DNA of 64,000 bases from Blastopirellula marina (GCF_002967765.1 NZ_PUHY01000005.1:688774-752773); one strand, 5' to 3'; counted from the first letter of the stretch, positions 48,449 through 58,922 are shown. Made by a program: numbers and translations. The notes: generated from the letters alone by a model not told the origin.

Positions 48449-48982
48449 ATGGATGGGACGGCTGAGCAATTATTAACAATCGTCGCGGCCACCGTCGTGG
48501 TTTACGGGGCGATTCTATACTACACGCGTCTCACGGGGCTGCGGAGCTTCTCGAAGATGTCCGCCTCCGACTTCGCCATGACCGTGGCCGTTGGGTCGCT
48601 CTTTGCGTCCACCGCTGTTTCGCCTGAACAGCAATTCGGACCCGGCCTTGTGGCGTTAGCGACGTTGTTTGCGAGCCAATTCGCAATCGCTTGGGCACGG
48701 CGTAAATCATCCTGGTTTAGCCGCATCGTCGATAACGAACCTCTCCTATTGATGCGTAACGGACGAGTCTTGGATGAGAATCTCAACCAAGCCCAGGTCA
48801 CCCGGGCCGACCTCATTGCCAAGTTGCGTGAGGCGAACGTATGGGATCTGAATCAAGTTGCGGCAGTTGTCTTTGAAACGACCGGCGACATCTCTGTCCT
48901 TCACGGAAATCATTCGAGTGACGTGAGCCCACAGCTACTGGAAGATGTGTCTCCAGGTGAACTCGGACGAAGCCAGGCGTAG
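48449..48982 (+). CDS. DUF421 (YetF-like) membrane protein
   Basis: LLTIVAATVVVYGAILYYTRLTGLRSFSKMSASDFAMTVAVGSLFAS is the typical YetF N-terminal signature. Confidence 0.65.
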   Translation: MDGTAEQLLTIVAATVVVYGAILYYTRLTGLRSFSKMSASDFAMTVAVGSLFASTAVSPEQQFGPGLVALATLFASQFAIAWARRKSSWFSRIVDNEPLLLMRNGRVLDENLNQAQVTRADLIAKLREANVWDLNQVAAVVFETTGDISVLHGNHSSDVSPQLLEDVSPGELGRSQA

Positions 48983-49031
48983 TGCCGTCGATTGCGGTCC
49001 GCGCTCGCGCCAGTAAATGCGCGTAACGTCG

Positions 49032-50687
49032 CTAGGCCGTCAAAAATCGTGTCCACCGCTGCTCTGGTTCCAACGGCCGCGCCGCGCGATACGCCAACAC
49101 AGAAAACAACACGATCGAAGCCACCATCGTTCCATACACCACCGAGTACTTATAAAGCAGCGGGTTGTCCAGGACAAAGAAGCTGTCGTTGGATTGTCGT
49201 TCTGCGAACAACAAATCATTGTAAACTTGCAATGGCTCCATCCAGTTCGTCTGAGGGAACGACGTGACGACGATCATCAGCACCATGTAGGTGAAGATCG
49301 CGAGAAAGCCGCCGATCACTGGCTTTCGCACCACGCATGTCCCAAGCACGGCCAGCGTATACATCCAAGCGTGCAGCAAGGGAAAACAGGCGACGAACGA
49401 CCAACTCATCCCTTGCGTCATGCCGCCCCGTGGTCCGTTCCATGAAACCGCGATTGAAACGGCATCTAAGCAAATCTCCACCATCAGCAGACCGACGAAG
49501 AACTTCGTCCAAAACCACATCGCCGGTGAAATCGGGCGAGACCGCCAAAACGAACCCAACCTTTCTCCCAAGTCCGCCGAATAGAGTCCTGCTGCCACGA
49601 CCGTTGACCACAGCATGCCCACAAAGAACACGGTGTGGGGTAGCTGGGCTTGAAAGGATTGAGCGAACGAGCTACCCGGTGACTCGATATCCCCTTCCAT
49701 AACGATTGTCGCGACCGTCACTAGGATTGCCAGCAGCGCACCATAGAAGGCAAGCGGAAACGCTTGACGAAGTTCAAGCCAGATTTGCGCCATCGCGGGA
49801 CCCGCTGGTCGAAACGGAACATACGACCAAACCGACGGCAATCGCCAACGCCAACTACCGCCAGTCTTTTCGGAAGCAGGACGTGGCAATCGGCCGTACT
49901 GCGTCGTGAAAATCGCACCCAGGATAAGTAGCAACAAGCTGGCCAGTCCCATCGCGGCCCAACGATAGGTGGCCAACTCGTGATCGGTATACGAACCGGT
50001 CTCGGTGCCATATCCCCACTGCACGACCAATGATTGCGGAATGAAGGAGCCGTAAACCAGTTGAAACATTTCATTCCGAGGTTGCGACATCCATCCGAAA
50101 CCTGCGAGAATCATCGTTCCCAGTCCGAACACGGCGCCGAGGAAGCCAACTTGCGCTTGATTACCTAACCAGCAACCAACCAGGCTCAGCACAATCAACA
50201 GTTCAACGCCACCCAAGATGGCAATCGTCGTGACGCTCCACAGTTGTTCCAAGGAAACGATCAGCGAGCCCGTAGCACGGTCGGGCAGTTGGGTTGTGTA
50301 AGCAGCGTCGCGGGGCAACACTTGTTCAATGAGCCCGGTGGCAAGAGCAAGCGTGACGAGAATGGCACCCAAGACGATCGGCAAAGCCAAGGTTGCCGCG
50401 GCGGCCGTCATACGAACGCCAGCCACTCGACGCATGGAAACGGGCAACGCGGAGGTAAAGGGAAGCGTGCCACTGGTTCGCTCTTCCTGGGCGGTTCGCA
50501 TCGCCAGAAACACGGCGGCACACGTTGCATACAGCATCGCCGTGCCGCTAAAACTACCGATCGCGGCACGAAACTGGTAAGCACACTCGTAACCAACGCA
50601 GTACGCCGTCCCTAGCAACATCCACGCGCTGAACAAAAGCAAATAGCCCCGATTCTCCCGCCACTGCTTCCAGATCAAACTTCTCAT
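49032..50687 (-). CDS. ABC-2 type transporter permease (multi-pass)
   Basis: It is 551 aa and highly hydrophobic with 10 or more helices. It lies downstream of the ABC ATPase gene. Confidence 0.7.
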   Translation of the reverse strand: MRSLIWKQWRENRGYLLLFSAWMLLGTAYCVGYECAYQFRAAIGSFSGTAMLYATCAAVFLAMRTAQEERTSGTLPFTSALPVSMRRVAGVRMTAAAATLALPIVLGAILVTLALATGLIEQVLPRDAAYTTQLPDRATGSLIVSLEQLWSVTTIAILGGVELLIVLSLVGCWLGNQAQVGFLGAVFGLGTMILAGFGWMSQPRNEMFQLVYGSFIPQSLVVQWGYGTETGSYTDHELATYRWAAMGLASLLLLILGAIFTTQYGRLPRPASEKTGGSWRWRLPSVWSYVPFRPAGPAMAQIWLELRQAFPLAFYGALLAILVTVATIVMEGDIESPGSSFAQSFQAQLPHTVFFVGMLWSTVVAAGLYSADLGERLGSFWRSRPISPAMWFWTKFFVGLLMVEICLDAVSIAVSWNGPRGGMTQGMSWSFVACFPLLHAWMYTLAVLGTCVVRKPVIGGFLAIFTYMVLMIVVTSFPQTNWMEPLQVYNDLLFAERQSNDSFFVLDNPLLYKYSVVYGTMVASIVLFSVLAYRAARPLEPEQRWTRFLTA

Positions 50688-50714
50688 GGCAATCCTCCTC
50701 CTGACGCGATTTGG

Positions 50715-51638
50715 TTAAACGGAAACAGGTTCGGCAGGCGTAGAAGCATCGGGCCTGCCTTCGGTGCGGCCGATGACATAGGCCTCGAAGATCTCGTCCA
50801 AGCCCAAGTCGACGACGTCATACTCGATTTGCCGAGCGTCAAGCTGACCTAGGTAGGTTGACGCGTCCGCAACCACGAAGACCGCTCGATCTTCATGTCG
50901 CCGTAGATCAAGCAGTTGCTCAGGTCGAGAAATTTCCGCCAAGGCATCCCAGGGAAGGACAATCCTTTTGATATCGTCCCTTAGCCGATCCGTTCCAGCG
51001 GAGCGGACAATCTGGCCACGATCGAGAATCGCAATGCCATCGGCTACCGCTTCCACTTCGTCCAGTAGGTGCGAACTGTACAGCACCGTCGAGCCCTCGG
51101 CCTGAAGATGCTCGACCAGATGCCGATTGAATTCCTTGCGAGCGACCGGATCGAGCCCCATTGCCGGGTCGTCCAGGATGACAATCGACGGGCGATGGGC
51201 TAGCGCCGCGACCAGCCCCAGTTTCACCGTTTGTCCCTTCGAGAGCTTGCCAATACGTGCATGCCGGGGCAACTCGAATCGGTTGAGCAATTGATCCGCC
51301 CAGGCCGCGTCCCAGGTAGGGTAGAAGGAAGCGAGAAACCGGCAAAGTTCGATCGGTGTCATCCAGGGGTACATCGTTTGATCTTCCCCCAGGTAGCCGA
51401 CCTTGCCACGAACCTCAAGCGGCCGCTGGGCTGGATCGAGTCCGCCGATGCGGGCCGTTCCGGAAGTTGCTCCGATCAGGCCCAGCAGAATACGAATGGT
51501 CGTTGTTTTCCCGGCGCCGTTACGACCAAGCAAGGCAAACGTTTGCCCCGGGGCGATCGTTAGCGAAACGTCGCTGAGAACCTCATTCGATCCAAAAGTC
51601 TTAGCCAGTTTATCGAGAATGATCGCAGGCTCACTCAT
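50715..51638 (-). CDS. ABC transporter ATP-binding protein
   Basis: Walker A is GRNGAGKTT. The signature motif is LSKGQ. Walker B is IVILDDP. Confidence 0.85.
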   Translation of the reverse strand: MSEPAIILDKLAKTFGSNEVLSDVSLTIAPGQTFALLGRNGAGKTTTIRILLGLIGATSGTARIGGLDPAQRPLEVRGKVGYLGEDQTMYPWMTPIELCRFLASFYPTWDAAWADQLLNRFELPRHARIGKLSKGQTVKLGLVAALAHRPSIVILDDPAMGLDPVARKEFNRHLVEHLQAEGSTVLYSSHLLDEVEAVADGIAILDRGQIVRSAGTDRLRDDIKRIVLPWDALAEISRPEQLLDLRRHEDRAVFVVADASTYLGQLDARQIEYDVVDLGLDEIFEAYVIGRTEGRPDASTPAEPVSV

Positions 51639-52069
51639 GACCGTTTCCCTTCATCCTTAACTGGAGAAATATGCGATTTGACTTCTGCCACGGCTGCGGA
51701 AAGCTCACGCCGCAGATCACTGGCATTCAGCCCCAACAACAGCCCTCGACGGACCATCGATTGGAACTCCCGCGAGAACTGCTCGCGCTGCTGCTTCAGT
51801 TCGGCTGCTTGCTGATGGTTGGTCGACTGCGGCAAGACAAACGTCCCTTCGCCATGTCGCATCTCCACCAACCCTTCCGCGGCTAACTTTTCGTAAACGC
51901 GGACGACCGTGTTCACATTCACGACCAACTCAGCCGCAAGCTGCCGCACCGAAGGCAAACACTGCCCCGGCGGCAACAGTCCGGCCAAGCACTGAGCCCG
52001 AACCTGCTCAGCAATCTGCCGCGAAATAGGCGTCGCCGCACCTCGTTCAATCCGAATGTACATACCCAT
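51635..52069 (-). CDS. GntR-family (YtrA-like) transcriptional regulator
   Basis: The HTH is LPSVRQLAAELVVNVNTVVRVYEKLAAEGLV. It overlaps the ABC ATPase gene as ATGA. Confidence 0.8.
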   Translation of the reverse strand: MGMYIRIERGAATPISRQIAEQVRAQCLAGLLPPGQCLPSVRQLAAELVVNVNTVVRVYEKLAAEGLVEMRHGEGTFVLPQSTNHQQAAELKQQREQFSREFQSMVRRGLLLGLNASDLRRELSAAVAEVKSHISPVKDEGKRS

Positions 52070-52292
52070 TCCTCACTTCACGCCCTCAGGAGTACACAGT
52101 TGTAGTACAGTGAACAGGTTAAGGTCAAGCGAAATGTTTGAAGAAAGTTTAAGAACGGATCGGACCAGAAGAATCTAGCTGGCAGATGCCAATTCGTTGC
52201 CTCCCAATTTGAATCGTGATAGCTTAAGCCGTCTCCTACTCGATAGGGATGAACGTGACGCGGAGAGAAACTGTTTTTGACAACCCGATGCC

Positions 52293-53021
52293 ATGACGCC
52301 AGACGAGCTTACCTACCATTTTGAACGGATGCGTAATTTCCGACGCGAGATCCAACTCGCCATGTATCGAATGGGAATGTCCGCGGCTTATCACATTCAA
52401 TACGCACAATATATGATCGACGATGAAGAGCTGATTCGTCGGCGCACCTCGGTGAAGGACGTTGCGCATTTTCAGAAGTGCCTTCCCGATTTGATCCAAC
52501 GTATGGAACAGGTCAACGATCAGGCGAACGCATCGTGGGAGCATGCTCCGCAAAACAGAGAGGCGATGCGGGAACATTATGTTCAGTTGGTCGAGCTTTA
52601 CGACGCCGTTCAACTTTTGCCGCTTGCCTACGAACGCTTGAGTCGACAGTCGGAGAAGCCACTTCTGGACGACGCCCGAGCATTACAAGAGTTTCCCCGC
52701 AACGCAGCCGAGCGGATTCGTCTGGAACGAATATTGCGATTGACGATCGAAGACTATTTGGACATCGAGTCCCAGATTGATTCGCTAAATCGACAGATCG
52801 ACGCAGAAAGAGAGGCGGTGGTCGAGGGGCACCGCGAATTGATTCATGCCTACGTACACGAATTGGGCCGTCACGATGAAGTCTCCCTGGCAGCAGCCCG
52901 ATACGCGGCCCGCGTGGCCACAAGAATGTTCGACGAACGGCGCGGCTTCCGTTTCATGCCATACGCCGAGGTCTGGATCGATCGCGAGTTAAAACGGATT
53001 GGTGATCCAGAGGAAAGGTAG
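52293..53021 (+). CDS. hypothetical protein with sigma-70 region-2-like C-terminal segment (no region 4)
   Basis: ELIHAYVHELGRHDEVSLAAARYAARVATRMFDERRGFRFMPYAEVWIDRELKR resembles sigma70_r2 (..A..kFDp.rGfrFsTYA.wWIr). It is low GC. Confidence 0.45.
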   Translation: MTPDELTYHFERMRNFRREIQLAMYRMGMSAAYHIQYAQYMIDDEELIRRRTSVKDVAHFQKCLPDLIQRMEQVNDQANASWEHAPQNREAMREHYVQLVELYDAVQLLPLAYERLSRQSEKPLLDDARALQEFPRNAAERIRLERILRLTIEDYLDIESQIDSLNRQIDAEREAVVEGHRELIHAYVHELGRHDEVSLAAARYAARVATRMFDERRGFRFMPYAEVWIDRELKRIGDPEER

Positions 53022-53293
53022 ATCACGTAGAATAGCGGTTACGGCTGCAAATGACATCCTTCCGATCCGAGAGAGATTGCCGTAAACACCACTCGTGATC
53101 AGAAAAGCCCTGTCGGCAAGTTATCGCCCTCTGTGCACGCAGACAAAGGCATGCTTTCGGACTGTCATCCCCATAGAATAGCCTTGCCAACTCGCCGTTG
53201 TTAGAAGAAGCGGGCCGCCTCGGTCGAAGCATGGCAAGACTTGCGTTACGCTAACCGAATAGATCATCAAGTATCGTAAAAGACTAAGGCCAA

Positions 53294-54346
53294 ATGAATC
53301 TAATCCCGAGCAGGTCGATTGAATTGGCGCATCGTGCCTACTATATGAAACATGCCGGGAAGCGCTTTGCGGTCGCAGCGCAAGATGGCCATGTGAGTTT
53401 GTTTGATCAGCAATTCCGATTCGAATCTATCCGCGCGGTGAAGCAACACCTGCGCGGGATCTCTATTCATCCGTCAAGTGATTTGCTCGCGTTCACAGAC
53501 AACGATTGCCTGTCGATCTGCGACTTAAGCGGAAACATCATTTTCCGAGATGCTTCACCTGGTTTAAGTGACGATTCTCCTTCATGGTTGAACGGCGGGT
53601 TTGATGATTGCCAGTTTCACCCACAAGACGGTTCCCTTTGGAGTGTTGCGGCACGTTCGACGGAAAAGTTGGAAATACAGGTGCGTGATCCAATTCTTTG
53701 GACGATTAAACATAAAGTAGAGTTGGAGGATCCCTATCGTGGGAGTTCCTGTTCCTTTCATACCGTCCCCAATTCCAAGACATTGGCACTTTGGATTGCG
53801 GGCGGGCAAGACGGACAAGAAATCTATTGGCTTACCTGCGATCGGAAATTGCACGCTAAACGAGACGCGCTATTAGAGGACACGACACCACCAGACTTTT
53901 CACCTAATGGAGCTGAGTTTCTGATTCTGGAGAACTATCAAGCAATTTGCCGAATTAGCTATCCGAACACACGAGAACTCAGTCGATTGGAGTGGCCGTT
54001 CGCTGACGATGACTGCTTCGGCTGCTCGTTCGCTTACATCGACGATCAGTACGCCATGGTCGGCACCAATGCTGGTCGGTCGTTCTTGCTAGATGTGCCC
54101 TCGATGTCCTTGATCGATGAAGTTGCGATTGCCAATCACGAACCAAGACCAGTGGAACAGTTGTATCCAAGTTTGGTTGGAGATAAGTCACTCTGCACTG
54201 ATATCCACGGTTTTATGCGATTTGGCGACATGATCGTCGCCAGCTTCCGGCGTGACGGCGGCGATGAATTAGAAGACTGGAAGGATACCTTGTTGTTGTT
54301 TGATTGCCAAAGCATTCGCGCATCGATCTCTTCCCAAATTCCGTGA
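53294..54346 (+). CDS. hypothetical protein (beta-propeller/WD-like repeats), low GC
   Basis: It is a 350-aa ORF with repeated short beta-strand units. No catalytic motif was found. Confidence 0.5.
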   Translation: MNLIPSRSIELAHRAYYMKHAGKRFAVAAQDGHVSLFDQQFRFESIRAVKQHLRGISIHPSSDLLAFTDNDCLSICDLSGNIIFRDASPGLSDDSPSWLNGGFDDCQFHPQDGSLWSVAARSTEKLEIQVRDPILWTIKHKVELEDPYRGSSCSFHTVPNSKTLALWIAGGQDGQEIYWLTCDRKLHAKRDALLEDTTPPDFSPNGAEFLILENYQAICRISYPNTRELSRLEWPFADDDCFGCSFAYIDDQYAMVGTNAGRSFLLDVPSMSLIDEVAIANHEPRPVEQLYPSLVGDKSLCTDIHGFMRFGDMIVASFRRDGGDELEDWKDTLLLFDCQSIRASISSQIP

Positions 54347-54461
54347 GCAAGTGAGATACGTGCGTTCCGAGTTGGCAGCTGTGAAATTCGCTCCTAATGA
54401 CTCCGAGGAAAGTGGTCTCATCTTAGTGCAAGATAGACAGTGTAAGGTGTAAACATTCAAC

Positions 54462-54983
54462 GTGATTCCCGACTACTCCATCGAACTGTGCTTTCGGAAC
54501 GATCAGCGTGAGCGTGTGCGGGCGCATTTTGCGCAGTGGTGTGATCCCGATCATCGACATCTGGTTGAGGAAGCCAAATTCGATAATCGTTCTTGGGATG
54601 CTGAAATCTGCCTCCTGGCTCCCAGCGATGCTTCTGCGGAACAGTTGCACGGCTTGCGCAAACTTGCCGACGGTTCGACCCTTTGCGGAATCATCGATTT
54701 CACTTACGCTCCGCAAGCACAATACATCCGCGCTGCCGACTGTTTTTCGATTGAAATCTGGCCCCGGACGAAACGCCTGCAGTTCATTTTCTTTTCATCC
54801 ATGAAGTTCCGCACTGCGCTGGTCGACATCCTTAAGGAATGTCACGGCATGTATGGCTTGATTGTTTATGAGTCGTCATTTCCTATCATCTTTTGGACGA
54901 GTGACCAGGGGCGGATCAACGACGATCGTCCCGAGAGAACGTCTGATCGACTCTTGGTTCCTGCTGAACTGTATATGGAATAG
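54462..54983 (+). CDS. hypothetical protein, low GC
   Basis: It is a 173-aa ORF. Confidence 0.45.
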   Translation: MIPDYSIELCFRNDQRERVRAHFAQWCDPDHRHLVEEAKFDNRSWDAEICLLAPSDASAEQLHGLRKLADGSTLCGIIDFTYAPQAQYIRAADCFSIEIWPRTKRLQFIFFSSMKFRTALVDILKECHGMYGLIVYESSFPIIFWTSDQGRINDDRPERTSDRLLVPAELYME

Positions 54984-55182
54984 CGAGGTTGATCGTCATG
55001 GTATTGGGCCTACTTAAAAACGGGGCGAATAATACTTACTACAATTAACTTTATTGGTTGGTAGCTTCTAAATAGAATCGAAACTCGTCGATCTCATCGA
55101 CGACATCTCCCCATCGATTCTGGCAAGTGGATGGTTTCCGTCGCCCTTTCCGTTTGCCCTAGCCCCAGCTTGGTGACTTCTT

Positions 55183-58100
55183 GTGAAACCTCTCCAAACT
55201 CTTTCTACATGGTTTGCCAGTAAGCGAACTTCGCGCCGCAAATGGGCCTCGGCTTTGCCGAGCGTTGCTTGTCATGCCGAAGTGTTGGAAGACCGCCGCC
55301 TGCTTTCGGTCACGCAATTGGTGGCGGACATCAACCAGCAGGCCCCGGCAATTTCGTACGGGCACGGGATCGTCCTCGATGGAGTCCTTTACTTTGCTGG
55401 CCGCTCGCGTGAAGCCGAACCGACTTCGCGGAATAGCTTTTGGAGCTACGATCCGCAAGCCAATTCGGGAAATGGCCAATTGAGCTACCTTGGCGGCGAC
55501 GAGATTGGCTTGGAGAATCCAGGTAAATTCGTCATCGTCGATGGGAAGATCTTCTTCGCCGCAGGCTCAGGTTCGTTGTGGCAATACGACCCAACCGCTG
55601 CCGACGGAGCCGGGGAATTGACCAAGTTGACGGATATCCTGGTCGACCGCGCCAGCGATGCCGTCGCGGTTGGCGGATCGCTCTACTTTCGCACGAGCGA
55701 TTTCGAGGGCAACTTCGGGCTGGTTCGTTACCAAGTTGCCGAACAAAAGACGACTGTGGTCTGGACCATGTCCAATTCGATCCACCCGTCTGACAAACTG
55801 GTCGTTGCCGATGATAAGGTCTATTTCTACCTGGTAGCCCCAGCCGAGGAGTTTCAGCTTTGGCAGTTCGACCCGGCGGCAGGCGAAGCAGGCACGCTCT
55901 CGATGGTGGTCAATAATCTGAAACATTACACCTCGGAGCCCAATCTGGCTGCGGTTGGGGGCAAAGTTTACTTTTCGGCCGACGACGGCATTCACGGCAT
56001 GGAACTCTGGTCGTACGATCCCGAAGGTAACGACGGAACTGGAATTACTTCGCTGGTAAGTGATGTTTACGTTGGTGCCGGAGATGCCTATCCATCGGAC
56101 TTCGTCGTTCTCGATGGCAAGTTGTATTTGAGGATGCGCAACGGTCAAACCAGCCCAATGCTGTGGAGTGTCGATCCATCGTTAGATAACGCAATGGGAG
56201 GCATCGAACTGGTCAGCGATGAACTGCTGTGGGACACGGCCGTCCAATTTCACGCCAGTGGAGACAGCCTTTACTTTCTCGCCAGGGCTGATTTTAGGAA
56301 CTGGGCAATGTGGCGGTATACGCCAACGCCCGAGGGTTCGTCCCTGCCTGCGAAATTGGAAATGGTAGGGCCCAAGGTTGCCATGTCCGACGTTGATCTG
56401 AATGCGTCGCTACCGCAACACGCCGTCGCACTCGGGGACGCGATTGCGCTGCGGATAGATGATCGCTTGTGGATCTATCGGCCGGAGTCTAACGGAGGGG
56501 ACGGAAGTATCGTCCCAGTGCCTGATATCTCGGGAGCGACGAAAAGTTCCAGCCCGCGTTCTTACATCGCGCTTGGCGACGAGATTTACTTCGTCGCCAA
56601 CGATGGAATCCATGGGGCAGAGCTTTGGCGATATCGCCCAAACGCTACGCTTGAAGAGCGCGGACCGGAGTTGGTAAGCGATCTCTTCGTAGGAGCTAGT
56701 TCGTCGAGCCCAACCAACCTGACTGTCTTCGGTAACCGGCTAATCTTCCGCGCCACTACTGCCGACGGATTACAGCTATTTCAATTCGACAAGACGACTG
56801 GCGTTGTCACAATTTTGGCCAATCTCTCAGATTCCATTTCCGACCGCTGGATCATCGACGAAGGAAAACTCTATTTCTCGCGGATCGTCCAGGACCATGT
56901 CGAGTTGGTCTTTGTCGACTTGATGGCGCCGTCGGGGTCAGGCAGCATCGAGTTCGCAGGCGTCTTGCCCGCCGACGTACAGCAGCATCCGGCTTACTTT
57001 GCCGCTGCCGGAGGCAAGCTGTATTTCGATGGGATCGATTCCACAGGACTGGCCGGACTGTATCAGTACAATCCCTTGGCTAACGGCGGCCTGGGATTAA
57101 TCGCGCGGGTTACTGCTTACGCTGGCGGGCAAGTCTTGCCGACTTCGCTCGTGAGTTTGGCCGGGCGTGTCTACTTCCGCGGTTACGACACCGAACATGG
57201 CTGGGAAATCTGGGGGTACGATCCCGAGGCCAACGATGGCGAAGGGAGCGCGCGGCGGATTACCGATACACCTTCTTCCGAAACGTTCGACCCAACACCG
57301 GATCAAATGACCGTGGTTGGCGACGTGCTGTACTACAAAGTCGCGGCCCACGGACCCAACGCCAGCTTCCAATTGTGGCGATACGATCCGCATGCCAACG
57401 CTGGGTCAGGCAATCTCTCCCAGGTCGTAGAACTCGACGGATACTGGCGTGGTATCCTCGATTTACTACCCAACGATAACCCGCTGGCGTTCGACGAAGG
57501 GATGATTTACTTTTCGGTATTAAGCCCGGCTGGTCAATACGAGGTCTGGCAGTACAACACCGGCACCACAGGCCAACCCGAATTAGCGCCGGTTGTTGCC
57601 ACGAAAAATGGTCTCGATCTACAACAGCTGTTGCCATTCGGTGGCAAACTCTACTTCAACTCCTCCGCGGCCCCGTTCGGAACGGAGATGCAGGTCGCGA
57701 ACGATCTTTCTTCATCCACCTGGGTACAGTTCGCATTCGCTTCCGAACCCTCGATCGCCGCAGGCACCGTGCGAGCGGAATCACATCCCACAATTCCTGT
57801 CCTGCATGAGTGGGACGATGCGACCGGACAAGTGTGGATGACCCTGGGCGATGACAGGCCAAGTGGTCCCTTCAATCTATCGATTAGGCTGCGCGTTGAT
57901 AATCCCGCATTCGCTGATTTGCAGGTTCAATCCCATTTAGGCGAGAGCGTTCACATCAATTTAGAAACGGTCGATGGCGTTCGTTTCTATAAACTCTCGT
58001 TGGCCAATCTCGACCTGTCTAACTACGAACCCGGCGATCAGGTACTGCTGGCAGACGTGCGGTTTCTGCTTAATGACGAGACAGCCTCCTGGATTAGCAT

Positions 58101-58746
58101 GCAGGGAGAAGACGCCTACCCGCAACCGACCGCCAACCACGGTGTCAGTGTGATTTCAGCAGAGAATCGCTCATCTGACGAGGCGATCCTCTACGATCGG
58201 CATGTGCCAGGCCAGTTCGAGCCGATGGTGTACGATGCCAACGACGACGGGCAGGTCGGTCTGGCCGACTTCGCCCAATTTGTCAGTAATTTTGGTAGGA
58301 CCGTCAATGCGACTGACCCCAATACGTATCGCTTCGATTACAACCGTGACGGCAAGATCGGCTTAGCAGATTTCGCGCTTTTCGTATCGAAGTTTGGTCA
58401 ACGTAAACCGACGTCGGTAGCCAGTTCCTTCAGCAGCGGACTGATCGAGGGAGAACCAATCACCACCAGTTCAGTCGGACCGACCGATGCAAACCCCTTC
58501 ACGCATTGGCACGTCCTGAGCGACATGATGGCGACCGATCTGACGCTATCCACGAATTCCGTAGTAAACACCGACGCCGAAGAGACGGTCGAGCCGACCG
58601 CAATCGAAACCGCAATGCTCTTCTACAGAATCCAACCCCCATGGGACCCGAAATTGATCGACGCCATCCTGCAAGAAGATGAGCAAATTGAAGTTGCTGC
58701 CGATCGTATTCGAGTCAGTCATTCGCTTTCAGATCGACGTTTGTGA
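55183..58746 (+). CDS. large extracellular ELWxxDG-repeat protein with C-terminal dockerin-like repeats
   Basis: The N-terminus has the Planctomycete VLEDRRLLS export motif. The ELWxxDG repeats include GMELWSYDPEGNDGTG, GAELWRYRPN and GWEIWGYDPEANDGEG. The dockerin-like repeats are DANDDGQVGLADFAQFVSNFG and DYNRDGKIGLADFALFVSKFG. Confidence 0.75.
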   Translation: MKPLQTLSTWFASKRTSRRKWASALPSVACHAEVLEDRRLLSVTQLVADINQQAPAISYGHGIVLDGVLYFAGRSREAEPTSRNSFWSYDPQANSGNGQLSYLGGDEIGLENPGKFVIVDGKIFFAAGSGSLWQYDPTAADGAGELTKLTDILVDRASDAVAVGGSLYFRTSDFEGNFGLVRYQVAEQKTTVVWTMSNSIHPSDKLVVADDKVYFYLVAPAEEFQLWQFDPAAGEAGTLSMVVNNLKHYTSEPNLAAVGGKVYFSADDGIHGMELWSYDPEGNDGTGITSLVSDVYVGAGDAYPSDFVVLDGKLYLRMRNGQTSPMLWSVDPSLDNAMGGIELVSDELLWDTAVQFHASGDSLYFLARADFRNWAMWRYTPTPEGSSLPAKLEMVGPKVAMSDVDLNASLPQHAVALGDAIALRIDDRLWIYRPESNGGDGSIVPVPDISGATKSSSPRSYIALGDEIYFVANDGIHGAELWRYRPNATLEERGPELVSDLFVGASSSSPTNLTVFGNRLIFRATTADGLQLFQFDKTTGVVTILANLSDSISDRWIIDEGKLYFSRIVQDHVELVFVDLMAPSGSGSIEFAGVLPADVQQHPAYFAAAGGKLYFDGIDSTGLAGLYQYNPLANGGLGLIARVTAYAGGQVLPTSLVSLAGRVYFRGYDTEHGWEIWGYDPEANDGEGSARRITDTPSSETFDPTPDQMTVVGDVLYYKVAAHGPNASFQLWRYDPHANAGSGNLSQVVELDGYWRGILDLLPNDNPLAFDEGMIYFSVLSPAGQYEVWQYNTGTTGQPELAPVVATKNGLDLQQLLPFGGKLYFNSSAAPFGTEMQVANDLSSSTWVQFAFASEPSIAAGTVRAESHPTIPVLHEWDDATGQVWMTLGDDRPSGPFNLSIRLRVDNPAFADLQVQSHLGESVHINLETVDGVRFYKLSLANLDLSNYEPGDQVLLADVRFLLNDETASWISMQGEDAYPQPTANHGVSVISAENRSSDEAILYDRHVPGQFEPMVYDANDDGQVGLADFAQFVSNFGRTVNATDPNTYRFDYNRDGKIGLADFALFVSKFGQRKPTSVASSFSSGLIEGEPITTSSVGPTDANPFTHWHVLSDMMATDLTLSTNSVVNTDAEETVEPTAIETAMLFYRIQPPWDPKLIDAILQEDEQIEVAADRIRVSHSLSDRRL

Positions 58747-58922
58747 ACTGCCCCATAGCAACGTCCGGTTTCTTCTAGACGCAATGCTGATAGCGAGGAA
58801 GATTGCCATCGCTCAGCGCCGAAATAAAGACGGGGCGAAAGATACTCAGTGTGATATTTGAAAAGGTTTCGACTAGACGTTTGTGAGCCATTCGATCGAG
58901 TCATTTGTTGCACGATGGGTTT

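Noticed and set aside
53776-53795. TGGCAC-tttgga-TTGCG sigma-54-like motif
   Set aside because: The spacing is 6 rather than 5, and it lies inside the 53294..54346 CDS.
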